A program made the translations under genes and the position numbers. The notes under the pieces were generated by a model. That model was given only the letters and a program-made list of their open reading frames with translations, had not been told where the DNA came from and searched no databases. A stretch of 64,000 bases of DNA from Candidatus Binatia bacterium (GTDB taxonomy: Bacteria; Desulfobacterota; Binatia; Bin18), in contig JAJDZM010000072.1 in the NCBI GenBank assembly GCA_022824615.1, positions 18,343 through 82,342 on the forward strand. Reading direction: 5' to 3'. Below are positions 16,673-26,181 of the stretch, one piece after another; position 1 is the first letter of the stretch, and each line of letters opens with the position of its first letter.

Positions 16673-17253
16673 CTATACTGACAATGGGAGTCCCAAAGCT
16701 CATCTAAGAGAAAAAAGTGCTCTTTTTACCCCGTATTTCGCCCTAAGAGAAACCCCGAATCCAACAATAACAGTCACTTACGGCGTTTTCCGGCCATTTT
16801 TTTCGAAATGAGACAAAACCCGTCAGGACACGCCCACACCCCGCCTCTTGAAATCGCTATTTATTCGGCAAAAACCCATTCTCATCCGCTTTTATTACAT
16901 TCTCATTCTTTCTGTGCTTTCTCACGCAGTGCCAATGGGCTGCGGAGGTTGCGGACAGCCCCGCCAATATGGTATGAAGAAAGCGTGTCGTACATCAAAA
17001 AACCCGTCCCGTACTCACGCATAAAAGTTGAAATAAAAAAGCTAAGTCCTTGATTTTTCAGGGAGTCGAGAAAAAAAGGGGGGGGACCCCTGCCATTTTC
17101 GCCCGAGTGCTGGCTTTATTCGCTCACTCCAGCAAGCGCACAAGTGAAAATATCTAAGCCTGCCTAAAAACCAGGCAAAATGGTCTTTCAACCGGTTGTG
17201 GAACGACAGGCAGGAGACACAGGGCTGATTTGGTCACGCGTCTCCCGCCGTCC

Positions 17254-19428
17254 TCAAAACCGATAGGTATAGCGCACCTTGAAGCGACCCTCGCGGCCGA
17301 TGGAGCGGAAGCCGCCCTCTTCGTCCAGCCAGCGCTGGTTGAAGACCAGAAAGATGTCGTTGCCCGGTTCGATAATCCAGCGAATGCGCGTGTTAATGCT
17401 GAACACGTCCGATACGTTGTCATACTGGATCAGGCTGAACCAGGACAGATTGGGGTTGACGGCTATGTCCAGCCGCACCCGCAGCAGACGCGTGACAAAA
17501 TTGCCCTCAGGCAGCCGGACATCGCTCTGGAGATACTCCGGGCTCAGGAACAGGCGCGGGCCGGGCTGAAAATTAAGACGCAGGTTCCAACTGTCGCGCT
17601 TGCCGCTGTAATAGTCGCCCCAGAAATGGGCCAGACTGGCCGACAGCTTGCGTTTATCCGCGGTCTCGGCTTTGACCATATAACGGCGAAAGGTGTGACG
17701 GCCGGGCAACAGCCGGACACCACGGCTGATCTCAAAATCTTCGGTCAGGCGTTCCAACTGCTGCCAGGCCCGAAACATGAGGGTGTCGCCGCTCTCGAAA
17801 CGCCACTCACAGGGAAAGACGATGTTGCGGGTGAGGAGGCGGTCCGTGGCCTGGTCGGTAATATAATTGCCGTCGAAAGCACAGGCGACCTGCCGCGTTC
17901 CCCAGCGCCCAGGGCGCGGGGCCGCCTGAAGGAACCAGCCAAAGCGTCGAATGCCGGTGCGCGGCACAAAGCCCATGCTGGCGTCAAAATCCCGTTGCAC
18001 CTCGCGATAGGTGCCGAATATCGTCCAGGTATCGTTGGGCAGGTTGATCTGACTGCCCCAGGCCCAGTTCTTGCGCGCCGTGGGACGAAAACTCTTTAAG
18101 ACAAACGAGGACAGGGTGAGGTTGCGCCTTCCCAGAAATCTGGTTGTTTTATACAGAAAGTCATGCCCGTAGAGGCCGGTCGCATCCCCGTTCTCCGGTG
18201 TCCGCCGGGTCGCGATCAGTCCTACCGAGGCCTGTTCTCCGACGTCGCGCTTGAGTCGGATCACGCTGAAATTCTCGCCCGGTACAGGGTCACGTTCTTG
18301 GGTCTGGGCGTTGAGTATCCCCAGGGAATACTTGCCAACTCGACCGCTGAGTTTCGCGCCGCCAATCAGGTCAACCGGTTTGCCGTCGTCGGCAATGCCG
18401 ACCCGCCGGCTGAAAAAAGGGATAATCACCAACGGCCCCGAGGTCGGGGTCAGGCCGTCAACCGCAAAATTGGGGGCGTCCTCCAGAAAGAACTGCCGCT
18501 TCTCGGGGAAAAAGAGTGAGAAGCGCGTCAGATTGACCTGCACATCGTCCGTCTCGGCCTCGGAAAAGTCAGTATTGAGCGTCAGGCTGAGTGTCAGGCC
18601 GGGGGTGGGTTTGTAGAACAGGTCAAAACCCGGCTTAAAGGACGTGGCATCGCGGCGCACCTCGGTGGTCAGAAACGGGGAAAAATCGAGTCCCAGACCC
18701 TGGGACCTGCCGCGCAGTCCGGTGAGTCGGCCCGCGCGTGAGACCCGGTTGAAGTCCAGGCTCTGGAGGTAGCCGCTCCAGACCGTTTCTTCGTTCACCC
18801 GCTTGATGATGCGCTGGACGTTGAAACCCCAGCTCGATTGTCCTGGGGCATAGCTGAGGGTCTGAAACGGAATTTCAAATTCCGCGCTCCAGCCGCTCGG
18901 CGCGCGCGCGGTCTTGACGTTCCAGATGCCGTTCCAGTCCCGGTTCTCGGTCTCCCCCTCGTCTCCGATGAGTTCATCCACCCGCGCCCCAACCGAGTTG
19001 GTTTGAAATTTGAATGCGTTGCGACGATCCGCAAACGTATCGAACAGGAGTGTCACCCGATCATCCGCGGCCAGGTCCGCGTCCCGGTTGAAGCGGGTAG
19101 CAACCGCCGCACTCGGGTCCGAGTCGTGACAGAGCACCCCGACGTAGAGATGGGTCGCCGTGTACAGGACGCGCACCTCGGTTGGTTGGGAGGCCGGGGC
19201 GCCTTCGTCGGGCTCGCGTTGGCGGAAGTCGCTGCCGACCGGCGCGTTCTGCCAGGCCGGCTCGGTCAGCCGACCGTCGAGGACGATGGAGCCGGGAATG
19301 CGCACGGCCTGCAACGCGACCGGGGCAAACACCGAGACTTCCATATCCTCCAGGGGGATGGGCTGGAGGGTGCTCCCGGACTGCGATGTCGGTGTATCGG
19401 CGCCGGCCGGGATGACCAGCGCCAGCAC
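17254..19428 (-). CDS. DUF5916 / carbohydrate-binding family 9-like outer-membrane protein
   Basis: The N-terminal region IVLDGRLTEPAWQNAPVGSDFRQREPDEGAPASQPTEVRVLYTATHLYVGVLCHDSDP is typical of CBM9-DUF5916 proteins. The C-terminus ends ...RFKVRYTYRF (beta-barrel-like terminal Phe). The signal peptide seems to extend upstream of the annotated GTG (RRLISLLIAALAVLALVIPAGA). Confidence 0.7.
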   Translation of the reverse strand: MLALVIPAGADTPTSQSGSTLQPIPLEDMEVSVFAPVALQAVRIPGSIVLDGRLTEPAWQNAPVGSDFRQREPDEGAPASQPTEVRVLYTATHLYVGVLCHDSDPSAAVATRFNRDADLAADDRVTLLFDTFADRRNAFKFQTNSVGARVDELIGDEGETENRDWNGIWNVKTARAPSGWSAEFEIPFQTLSYAPGQSSWGFNVQRIIKRVNEETVWSGYLQSLDFNRVSRAGRLTGLRGRSQGLGLDFSPFLTTEVRRDATSFKPGFDLFYKPTPGLTLSLTLNTDFSEAETDDVQVNLTRFSLFFPEKRQFFLEDAPNFAVDGLTPTSGPLVIIPFFSRRVGIADDGKPVDLIGGAKLSGRVGKYSLGILNAQTQERDPVPGENFSVIRLKRDVGEQASVGLIATRRTPENGDATGLYGHDFLYKTTRFLGRRNLTLSSFVLKSFRPTARKNWAWGSQINLPNDTWTIFGTYREVQRDFDASMGFVPRTGIRRFGWFLQAAPRPGRWGTRQVACAFDGNYITDQATDRLLTRNIVFPCEWRFESGDTLMFRAWQQLERLTEDFEISRGVRLLPGRHTFRRYMVKAETADKRKLSASLAHFWGDYYSGKRDSWNLRLNFQPGPRLFLSPEYLQSDVRLPEGNFVTRLLRVRLDIAVNPNLSWFSLIQYDNVSDVFSINTRIRWIIEPGNDIFLVFNQRWLDEEGGFRSIGREGRFKVRYTYRF

Positions 19429-19454
19429 GGCCAGCGCTGCGATGAGCAGAGATA

Positions 19455-20279
19455 TCAGTCGTCTTCCTTGAACAGCGCATCGCGCCAGTCGAGCGCGGCG
19501 CGCAGGCCTTTTTCCTTCCGGATCTGGTTGAACGTTTCCTGCTCTTGCGTCCGGGTGGTGTCAAACATGACGACCAGATCGAGATTCTGGTAGATGCTGT
19601 TCAGAAAGCCCATGTTCTCATACGCCCGGTTAATGGCGGCCTTGTTAAACTTCACCCCGACCTGAGCGATCTTCACCAGTTTGCGAGCCGTCTTCTCGCA
19701 CTCACGCATGAGCTGGTCGTGCGGCACGACGCGGTTAATCATGCCCAGGCGTTCAGCCTCGTGTGCGGAGATCATTTCCCCGGTCAGGAGCAGTTCCTTT
19801 GCCTTGGCAAACCCGACGCTGAACGGCGTAACCAGAACCGGAGGGCCGGTCCCAAACCGGATTTCCGGTTCGCCCAATACCGCTTGCTCGGAGGCAATTT
19901 TAATATCGCATAACTGGGCGAGTTCGCACGCACCAGCCAAGGCATAGCCGTTAATCGCGGCGATATACGGTTTGCTGGAATGCCAGATCTTGAGAAAAAT
20001 CTCGATGTTGGATTTCAGATCAGACCGCCAGCTATCCGCGGAGCGGTCGTAGAGTTCGGGCTCGCCCTCTGGTGGAGCGATGTTGAACCCCGCGGAAAAC
20101 GCCCGGCCGGCTCCGGTCAGAATCACGACCCGGATGTCGTCATCGGCTTCGATCGCATCAAGCGCCTCGCCCAGTTCGGCCATCAGTTCCTTGCTGAATG
20201 AATTGAGCTTCTGTGGCCGGTTGAGGGTCAGATAGCCGATGGCATCCTTCTTCTCGAATATCAGGTTCTGATACGTCAT
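19455..20279 (-). CDS. Enoyl-CoA hydratase/isomerase family protein
   Basis: Crotonase fold motifs (AIGYLTLNRPQKLNSF...VVILTGAGRAFSAGFNI...AAINGYALAGACELAQLCD). The ATG at 20279 is preceded by AGGAGG; the track start is 20318. Confidence 0.85.
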   Translation of the reverse strand: MTYQNLIFEKKDAIGYLTLNRPQKLNSFSKELMAELGEALDAIEADDDIRVVILTGAGRAFSAGFNIAPPEGEPELYDRSADSWRSDLKSNIEIFLKIWHSSKPYIAAINGYALAGACELAQLCDIKIASEQAVLGEPEIRFGTGPPVLVTPFSVGFAKAKELLLTGEMISAHEAERLGMINRVVPHDQLMRECEKTARKLVKIAQVGVKFNKAAINRAYENMGFLNSIYQNLDLVVMFDTTRTQEQETFNQIRKEKGLRAALDWRDALFKEDD

Positions 20280-20433
20280 AGCCCCTCCTATTTGACAAAG
20301 AGTAAACGTGTCCGGCAATTACACTTGAATGGAGGATGCGTTTGCTCTTTCCAGACCATAGCGAACCAGACTGAACAGTCTAGCCCATCCCTCTTGCCCT
20401 CGGTGGTGAAAATCTCCAGACTCGACCGGAACC

Positions 20434-21666
20434 ATGCTGACCTCAGATCTCCTGCTGACACGGACCGAAGGCCCGTATCTCTATCCGCGCTACGTGCGGA
20501 CCGACGCGCCGCGCTTTACCCGGATGGCCGAGGAGCTGATCTCCATCTATGCCGATCATCAGGGAAAGCCCAGGCGGGAGCTGATCGCGGCGCTGAATCA
20601 GTACGCAGAAGATCGGACCGACTTTCGGATCCAGCGCGGGCTGGCCAAGCTGCTGCGTGATGACCGGTGCGAATTTGAGGAGCAGGCGGTGGCCCCGCCA
20701 CTGGAGGTCCGCCGCCGCCTGTTCGCTTTGGCTCGCGAGAACCATCCCGTTGTCTTACAGCCCGACCATATCCATCCCGTGACCAAAGACGAGTTGATCG
20801 CCGAGGTTGCGCGCGAGTATACAGCCGAGCCGGAACAGATTGCCTGGGCGCTCTACGCCGATCTGGCTGAGAACCACATCCTGACGCGCTTTGACCCGCC
20901 CGAGCCGGTGTGGCTGCTCCAACGCTATAATGTCGCCCTGGCGCAGGCCCTGCTGTATCGCTGCATTCGGATGAAACTGTCGGTCTTTCGGAACATTCCG
21001 AGCCGTTACAAGCAACTCTTCAAGTTCATCAAATTCTACCAGCTCATGCACGCGATTGAGGGCGATCTCGACAGTGGTTATGAGCTCCTGTTGGACGGAC
21101 CGGTCAGCATGTTCCGCCTGTCCCAGAAGTACGGCCTCAAGCTGGCCGTTTTCCTGCCGGCCCTGCTGCTGTGCACCCGCTGGAAGATGGAGGCGGAGAT
21201 TGTCACCGCCGCAGGCGAGCATCGCTACTTCCCTCTCGACGAGAGTGCCAATCTCGTCTCTCACTATCGTGACAGCACCATGTATGACTCGCTCCTCGAA
21301 AAGACCTTTGCCGAACGTTTTCTCGCGATTGAGAGCGGCTGGAAGATTGAACGAGAGGTCGCCATTATCAATCTGAAAGAGACCGTTTTTATTCCGGACT
21401 TTGCCTTTCGCCACACGGACGGGCGCACCGCACTCATGGAAATCGTGGGCTACTGGCGGCCGGAGTACCTGGAAAAAAAGCTCATGAAGCTGCGCCGTTC
21501 AGGTCGGCAGGACATGGTGATTGCCGTATCGGCCAACCTGAACGTCAGCCAGGATGACTTTACCGACGTTCCGGGCAGGGTGTTCTTTTTTAAGAATCGG
21601 ATTAACCCCAAAGAAGTCATCGCTCGACTTGAGCAAGTGGGACGGGATGCCCGTCACGAAACATAG
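20434..21666 (+). CDS. DUF790 family protein (Bax1-like nuclease)
   Basis: 410 aa. The N-terminus MLTSDLLLTRTEGPYLYPRYVRTDAPRFTRMAEELISIYADHQGKPRRELIAALNQY...RIQRGLAKLLRDDRCEFE matches the DUF790/Bax1 pattern as I remember it. Confidence 0.65.
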   Translation: MLTSDLLLTRTEGPYLYPRYVRTDAPRFTRMAEELISIYADHQGKPRRELIAALNQYAEDRTDFRIQRGLAKLLRDDRCEFEEQAVAPPLEVRRRLFALARENHPVVLQPDHIHPVTKDELIAEVAREYTAEPEQIAWALYADLAENHILTRFDPPEPVWLLQRYNVALAQALLYRCIRMKLSVFRNIPSRYKQLFKFIKFYQLMHAIEGDLDSGYELLLDGPVSMFRLSQKYGLKLAVFLPALLLCTRWKMEAEIVTAAGEHRYFPLDESANLVSHYRDSTMYDSLLEKTFAERFLAIESGWKIEREVAIINLKETVFIPDFAFRHTDGRTALMEIVGYWRPEYLEKKLMKLRRSGRQDMVIAVSANLNVSQDDFTDVPGRVFFFKNRINPKEVIARLEQVGRDARHET

Positions 21667-21680
21667 AAGAGGAGAAGTCC

Positions 21681-22472
21681 ATGTCTGTCATTGCCTATGA
21701 GAAACGTGACCGGATCGCCTATGTCACTATCCAACGCCCGGAAGCCATGAATGCCCTCGGGCCTGAGCACAATCAGGAAATCATTGAAGTCTGGACCGAC
21801 TTTCGTGACGACCCGGATGTCTGGGTGGCCATCCTTACCGGGAGTGGCGGGCGGGCTTTTTGTGCCGGAGCCGACCTCAAGACCTACACGCCGAGTATTG
21901 GCAGCGGGAATCCGTATGCGGTCAGACAGGTGGCCAACGGCCTGGGCTTTGGCGGCATTACCCGTGGTCTCGAAATCTGGAAGCCGATTATCGGCGCCGT
22001 CAATGGCTACGCCCTGGCCGGAGGCTTAGAACTCGCGCTCGCGTGCGATATCCGCGTGGCGTCGGACAACGCCCAGTTCGGCTGCTCTGAGGTCAAGCGG
22101 GGGTTTCATCATTGCGATGGCGGAACGGTCCGTCTCCCGCTGATCGTTGGCCTGGCCAATGCCCTCAAGATGCAACTCACCGGGGAGCCGATTGACGCCC
22201 AGGAAGCGCTGCGGATCGGGCTGGTGAGCGAAGTTGTGCCCGCCGCGGAACTGATGCCCGCCGCCGAGCGCTATGCCCGGACCATTCTGCGCAACAGCCC
22301 GCTTGGCGTGCGGTCGGCCAAAGAATCCATGCTGCGCAGCCTCGGTCGCGTGCTTGAAGATGCCCTGCGGTTTGAGAACATCTTATTCTCGACGCTGACG
22401 CAGACCCAGGACTATACCGAAGGCCCGCGCGCATTTGCGGAAAAGCGCGAGCCCGAGTGGAAAGGACGGTAA
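21681..22472 (+). CDS. Enoyl-CoA hydratase/isomerase family protein
   Basis: IAYVTIQRPEAMNAL...AILTGSGGRAFCAGADL...GAVNGYALAGGLELALACDIRVAS. Confidence 0.85.
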   Translation: MSVIAYEKRDRIAYVTIQRPEAMNALGPEHNQEIIEVWTDFRDDPDVWVAILTGSGGRAFCAGADLKTYTPSIGSGNPYAVRQVANGLGFGGITRGLEIWKPIIGAVNGYALAGGLELALACDIRVASDNAQFGCSEVKRGFHHCDGGTVRLPLIVGLANALKMQLTGEPIDAQEALRIGLVSEVVPAAELMPAAERYARTILRNSPLGVRSAKESMLRSLGRVLEDALRFENILFSTLTQTQDYTEGPRAFAEKREPEWKGR

Positions 22473-22500
22473 GAACGGGGACGGCCTGCTCCGGCGTAGC

Positions 22501-23760
22501 CTAGAGCTTGCCTGCCGCTCGTAGCTCTTTCACCTGAGCCTCTTGTACCAAAGCGCCGTCTGCATACAGCGTGGCGACTTGCTCTTCCGAATAGGCCAGA
22601 CGCTCCTGCAATACCTCCTCATTATGTTCGCCCAGGAATGCCGCGCGAAAGGGAATCTCGACGTTCGCGTTGGAAAAATGAAAGGGCGATTTGGCAATCG
22701 GGGTCGGGCCGAGCAGCGGATGTGGCACGTCCTGAAACAGTCCACGCGCCTTCAACTGGGGGTGGGCTGCGGCGTCGGGAATATCCAGGATCGGCGCGGC
22801 CGGTACGCGGGCTTCGGCCAGAATTTTGAGGGGCGTTTCGTCGTCCTCAAAGGTCTGGAGCCAGTCTTCGATATATTTCCGAACCTCTGTGCTACGCTGG
22901 ACCCGGTCTTCCATGGTGGCATAGCGTTTGTCCGTGGCCAGTTCCGGCTTGCCCATCGCCTTGGTGAGGGCCGGCCATTGATGCCCGGCAACGGCAAAAA
23001 CCAGATAGCCTTTTTTTGCCTTGTACACGCCATAGGGGCACACATTGAAAAAGTCTCCGCCAAAACGCTGCGGCACGATCGCGCCCTGGCTCATCAGAAA
23101 AAGCGGAAAGTTGACGTAGTCCAGGTAGACCAGGGATTCGAGTTGCGACACGTCAATATACTGGCCCTGTCCGCTGCTGGTGCGGTGAAAGAGCGCGGCA
23201 CAGATGGCGAGCGCGCCATGAATACCCGTATTCGGGTCCCCAAAATAGTTGCCGACATAGGTCGGTGGCCCATCCGGCTCGCCAGTCATGGCCATCACGC
23301 CGCTCTGAGCCTGAGCGATAATGTCAAAGCTGGTATGACTGGCGTACGGCCCGTCCTGCCCATAGCCTGACACCGAACACATGATCAGCTTGGCGTTCAG
23401 CTCTTTGAGCGTGTCATAGTCCAGCCCGTGCCGGGCCATGACTCCGGGGCTATAGTTCTCCACCACAACGTCAGCCTTTCGCACCAGTTGATAGACGATT
23501 TCCTTTCCCTTTGGGTGTTTGATCTCAATACAGAGGCTTTTCTTGCCGGCGCAGGCGGCGAGATAGAGGGCGCTCTGGCCGTGCTCAACAAGATGGATCT
23601 GTCGTCCCAGGTCGCCGCCGGGGGCGCGTTCAATCTTGATGACATCCGCCCCGAGATCGGCCAGAATCCGGGTTGCGGACGGCCCGGCGAGATATTGGGT
23701 AAAGTCGAGCACGGTTATCCCGGACAGGAGTTTCGGTGTGCCATTTGTCTTGTCAGCCAT
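22501..23760 (-). CDS. Family III CoA-transferase (CaiB/BaiF type)
   Basis: LSGITVLDFTQYLAGPSATRILADLGADVIKIE... is a typical N-terminus. 419 aa. Confidence 0.85.
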   Translation of the reverse strand: MADKTNGTPKLLSGITVLDFTQYLAGPSATRILADLGADVIKIERAPGGDLGRQIHLVEHGQSALYLAACAGKKSLCIEIKHPKGKEIVYQLVRKADVVVENYSPGVMARHGLDYDTLKELNAKLIMCSVSGYGQDGPYASHTSFDIIAQAQSGVMAMTGEPDGPPTYVGNYFGDPNTGIHGALAICAALFHRTSSGQGQYIDVSQLESLVYLDYVNFPLFLMSQGAIVPQRFGGDFFNVCPYGVYKAKKGYLVFAVAGHQWPALTKAMGKPELATDKRYATMEDRVQRSTEVRKYIEDWLQTFEDDETPLKILAEARVPAAPILDIPDAAAHPQLKARGLFQDVPHPLLGPTPIAKSPFHFSNANVEIPFRAAFLGEHNEEVLQERLAYSEEQVATLYADGALVQEAQVKELRAAGKL

Positions 23761-23929
23761 GTCTCCTCCTCAGAGTGGTCGCAATGCGCTACGGCCTGTT
23801 GGATTGTGGCGGATCGACCCGGAATTCACAATACGGCCTATGTCACATTGACTCTCGCCGCCAGTCACCTACGATGATGAGAGTGAGATTAAGGGTTCCA
23901 GGTCAGGTACGCAGCAGAAAGGATACAAT

Positions 23930-24904
23930 ATGTTGATCAAAATCCCTCGTGGCTGGAAAATACCTGAGCGCACGGCAACCCCGGAAGATGTCTACCTCAA
24001 TCGGCGCAGCTTTCTGCAAGCGCTCGGAATCGCCGGTATCAGCACACTGGGAGTATGTGCCGGGTGTGAAAGCTCAGGCGCAAAGGAAGCTCCTGAGATT
24101 CGCGGCCTGCCCGAACCAAGCTCCACCGCTGACCTCTATCCGGCGCAGCGCAACGAACAGTTTACCCTGGACCGAGCGTTGACGTCCGAAATGGACGCGG
24201 CCAATTACAATAATTTCTACGAGTTCAGCTCGCGCAAAGAGTTGGTCGTACGCTTGGTTGAGCAGTGGCAGACCCGCCCCTGGCAGGTGGAGGTGACCGG
24301 TCTGGTGCATAAGCCCCAGACCTTTGACATCGACGACCTGGTGCGGAAGATGCCGCTGGAAGAACGCCTCTACCGGCACCGTTGCGTGGAAGCTTGGTCC
24401 ATGAGCGTGCCCTGGACCGGCTTTCCCATTAAGGCGCTGGTCGATCTTGTCCAGCCACTCGCCTCGGCCAAATACCTGCGCATGGTCACTTTCCACGACC
24501 CACAAGCGGCGCCCGGCCTGCGCAACGACACCTATCCGTGGCCGTATCACGAAGGACTCAGCATGGCTGAGGCCACCAATGAGCTGTCCCTGTTCGTGAC
24601 CGGTATCTACGGCCATGAGTTGACCAAACAGCATGGTGCGCCGATTCGGCTCGTGGTGCCGTGGAAGTATGGCTATAAAAGCATCAAGTCGATTGTGCGC
24701 CTGGAGTTTGTCGCAGAACAGCCCAAGACCTTCTGGAATACCCTCATCCCCTGGGAGTACGACTTTGTTGCCAACGTGAATCCTGCCATCCCGCATCCCC
24801 GCTGGTCCCAGGCGAGTGAACGCGTCCTGGGGACGCGAGAAGTCAAAGCAACGCTCCCCTACAACGGGTATGGAGAGTTTGTGGCGTCTCTGTATCAGAC
24901 ATAA
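23930..24904 (+). CDS. msrP: Protein-methionine-sulfoxide reductase catalytic subunit MsrP (YedY), Tat-exported molybdoenzyme
   Basis: Tat motif NRRSFLQALG. It aligns along its length with E. coli MsrP as remembered (NNFYEF...LEERLYRHRCVEAWSMSVPWTGFP...GAPIRLVVPWKYGYKSIKSIV...HPRWSQASERV). Confidence 0.9.
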   Translation: MLIKIPRGWKIPERTATPEDVYLNRRSFLQALGIAGISTLGVCAGCESSGAKEAPEIRGLPEPSSTADLYPAQRNEQFTLDRALTSEMDAANYNNFYEFSSRKELVVRLVEQWQTRPWQVEVTGLVHKPQTFDIDDLVRKMPLEERLYRHRCVEAWSMSVPWTGFPIKALVDLVQPLASAKYLRMVTFHDPQAAPGLRNDTYPWPYHEGLSMAEATNELSLFVTGIYGHELTKQHGAPIRLVVPWKYGYKSIKSIVRLEFVAEQPKTFWNTLIPWEYDFVANVNPAIPHPRWSQASERVLGTREVKATLPYNGYGEFVASLYQT

Positions 24905-24945
24905 AACCAGGGTGCTAATCGGTCGTCTCTCACTTTGGTGGAGCC

Positions 24946-25024
24946 CCCCGCCCCACCGGGCAACCACAGGGGGTTGCCCCTACAAAAGGATCGGGTCCTG
25001 AGCGTAGCGGAGTCGAAGGAGGAC
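24946..25024. repeat. REP-like palindromic repeats (copy B)
   Basis: 24946-24983 (hairpin GGGCAACC-acaggg-GGTTGCCC) is the reverse complement of the unit at 52477-52514. 24995-25024 (GTCCTGAGCGTAGCGGAGTCGAAGGAGGAC) matches 9509-9539. Confidence 0.7.
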
Positions 25025-25063
25025 TTTTCTTCTCGGAGAGGGCGGGATAGAGCAGAATCTCTC

Positions 25064-26110
25064 ATGTATACCCACATCCTCGCCGGCATCTTTCTGGTTT
25101 GCTTTTCTGTCTCCTGTTCGGTTCCCCCGGATCGCACGCCCGAGCTGAACCCCGACCCGACGTTGCTGTATGCGGCTCACGGCCAGCCTGGGGAGTGGTT
25201 CAATCCCTGGCGGCCTTCAAACAAGCACTGGACCGATCTGTTTCGCTGGGCGGTCTCGCGGAGCGCCTATACCGGCGAGTGGCGCGACCCGCCGCTCGTT
25301 CGTCGGGTGGACAACGATGGCCGCTCGTTTGCCGTTCCTGAAACCTCGGCTTCCGTCACCTGGGTAGGTCATTCAACTTTTGCTATCCATGATGCTGGAG
25401 ATGTCTTTCTGACCGATCCCCACTTCGGCAAGCGAGCGCTAATTCCGGCCCGCTTCCATCCGCCCGGCGTGCCCATTACGTCTATTCCTGCCGACGCTTT
25501 TGCCGTGGTCTCCCACAATCACTACGACCACCTGGATGCCTACACGGTTGAGAACTTACCTCAGACCGTGACCTGGTTTGTCCCAATGGGACTCGGCGAA
25601 TGGATCGAAAAAAAGGGAAGAAAAGCGGTCGAACTCGACTGGTGGCAAAGCGCGCAGCACGGTCGCTGGCGGGTCACCTGCGTTCCGGTGCAACACTGGT
25701 CGCAACGCATTGAGCAATCGCGGGATTCCACCTTGTGGTGTGGCTGGATCATTGCCAATGCCGAACGGACCTATTTCTTCGCCGGCGATACGGGCTATTT
25801 CCACGGCTTTACTGAGATTGGGAAGAAATTCGGTCCGATCGATGTGGCCATGATTCCTGTTGGGGCCTATGAGCCCCGCTGGATCATGCACTATTCCCAC
25901 CTGAACCCAGTCGAAGCCTATCAGGCTTTTCTGGACCTCAAGGCGCGCTGGATGCTGCCGTGCCACTGGGGAACATTTCGACTCACCGACGAGCCCATAG
26001 ACGAACCGCCGCGGGAACTCCAGCGGGTCGTTGAGCAGGCCGGCGGGACGCTCGATCCCATTAAAATTTTCGCGGTCGGTGAGCGGTGGGAAATTCCGAC
26101 GGGACAATAG
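25064..26110 (+). CDS. MBL-fold metallo-hydrolase (NAPE-PLD-like), probable lipoprotein/secreted
   Basis: VTWVGHSTFAIH...FLTDPHF...VVSHNHYDHLD...FFAGDTGY. The ATG at 25064 gives a signal-like N-terminus, MYTHILAGIFLVCFSVSCS. The track start at 24935 lies inside a REP element. Confidence 0.8.
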   Translation: MYTHILAGIFLVCFSVSCSVPPDRTPELNPDPTLLYAAHGQPGEWFNPWRPSNKHWTDLFRWAVSRSAYTGEWRDPPLVRRVDNDGRSFAVPETSASVTWVGHSTFAIHDAGDVFLTDPHFGKRALIPARFHPPGVPITSIPADAFAVVSHNHYDHLDAYTVENLPQTVTWFVPMGLGEWIEKKGRKAVELDWWQSAQHGRWRVTCVPVQHWSQRIEQSRDSTLWCGWIIANAERTYFFAGDTGYFHGFTEIGKKFGPIDVAMIPVGAYEPRWIMHYSHLNPVEAYQAFLDLKARWMLPCHWGTFRLTDEPIDEPPRELQRVVEQAGGTLDPIKIFAVGERWEIPTGQ

Positions 26111-26181
26111 GGGCGGTGTCTTCTCTTCCCCTCCGTGGATGGCTTCCCTTTTTAGAAATGACTCCGCCGACCCCCTACCTG

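Noticed and set aside
14749-16740. Integron-like gene cassettes, with the 18-nt motif as part of attC sites
   Set aside because: No IntI-type integrase or attI is nearby. The sequences do not show the paired R''(RYYYAAC)/R'(GTTRRRY) cores with convincing L'/L'' symmetry. I keep it only as an unexplained shared motif.
16808-17053. 81-aa + strand ORF in the AT-rich tail after the ApeA-like gene
   Set aside because: No RBS, His/Ser/Pro-rich odd composition, and it crosses homopolymer-rich non-coding-looking DNA. It is probably spurious.
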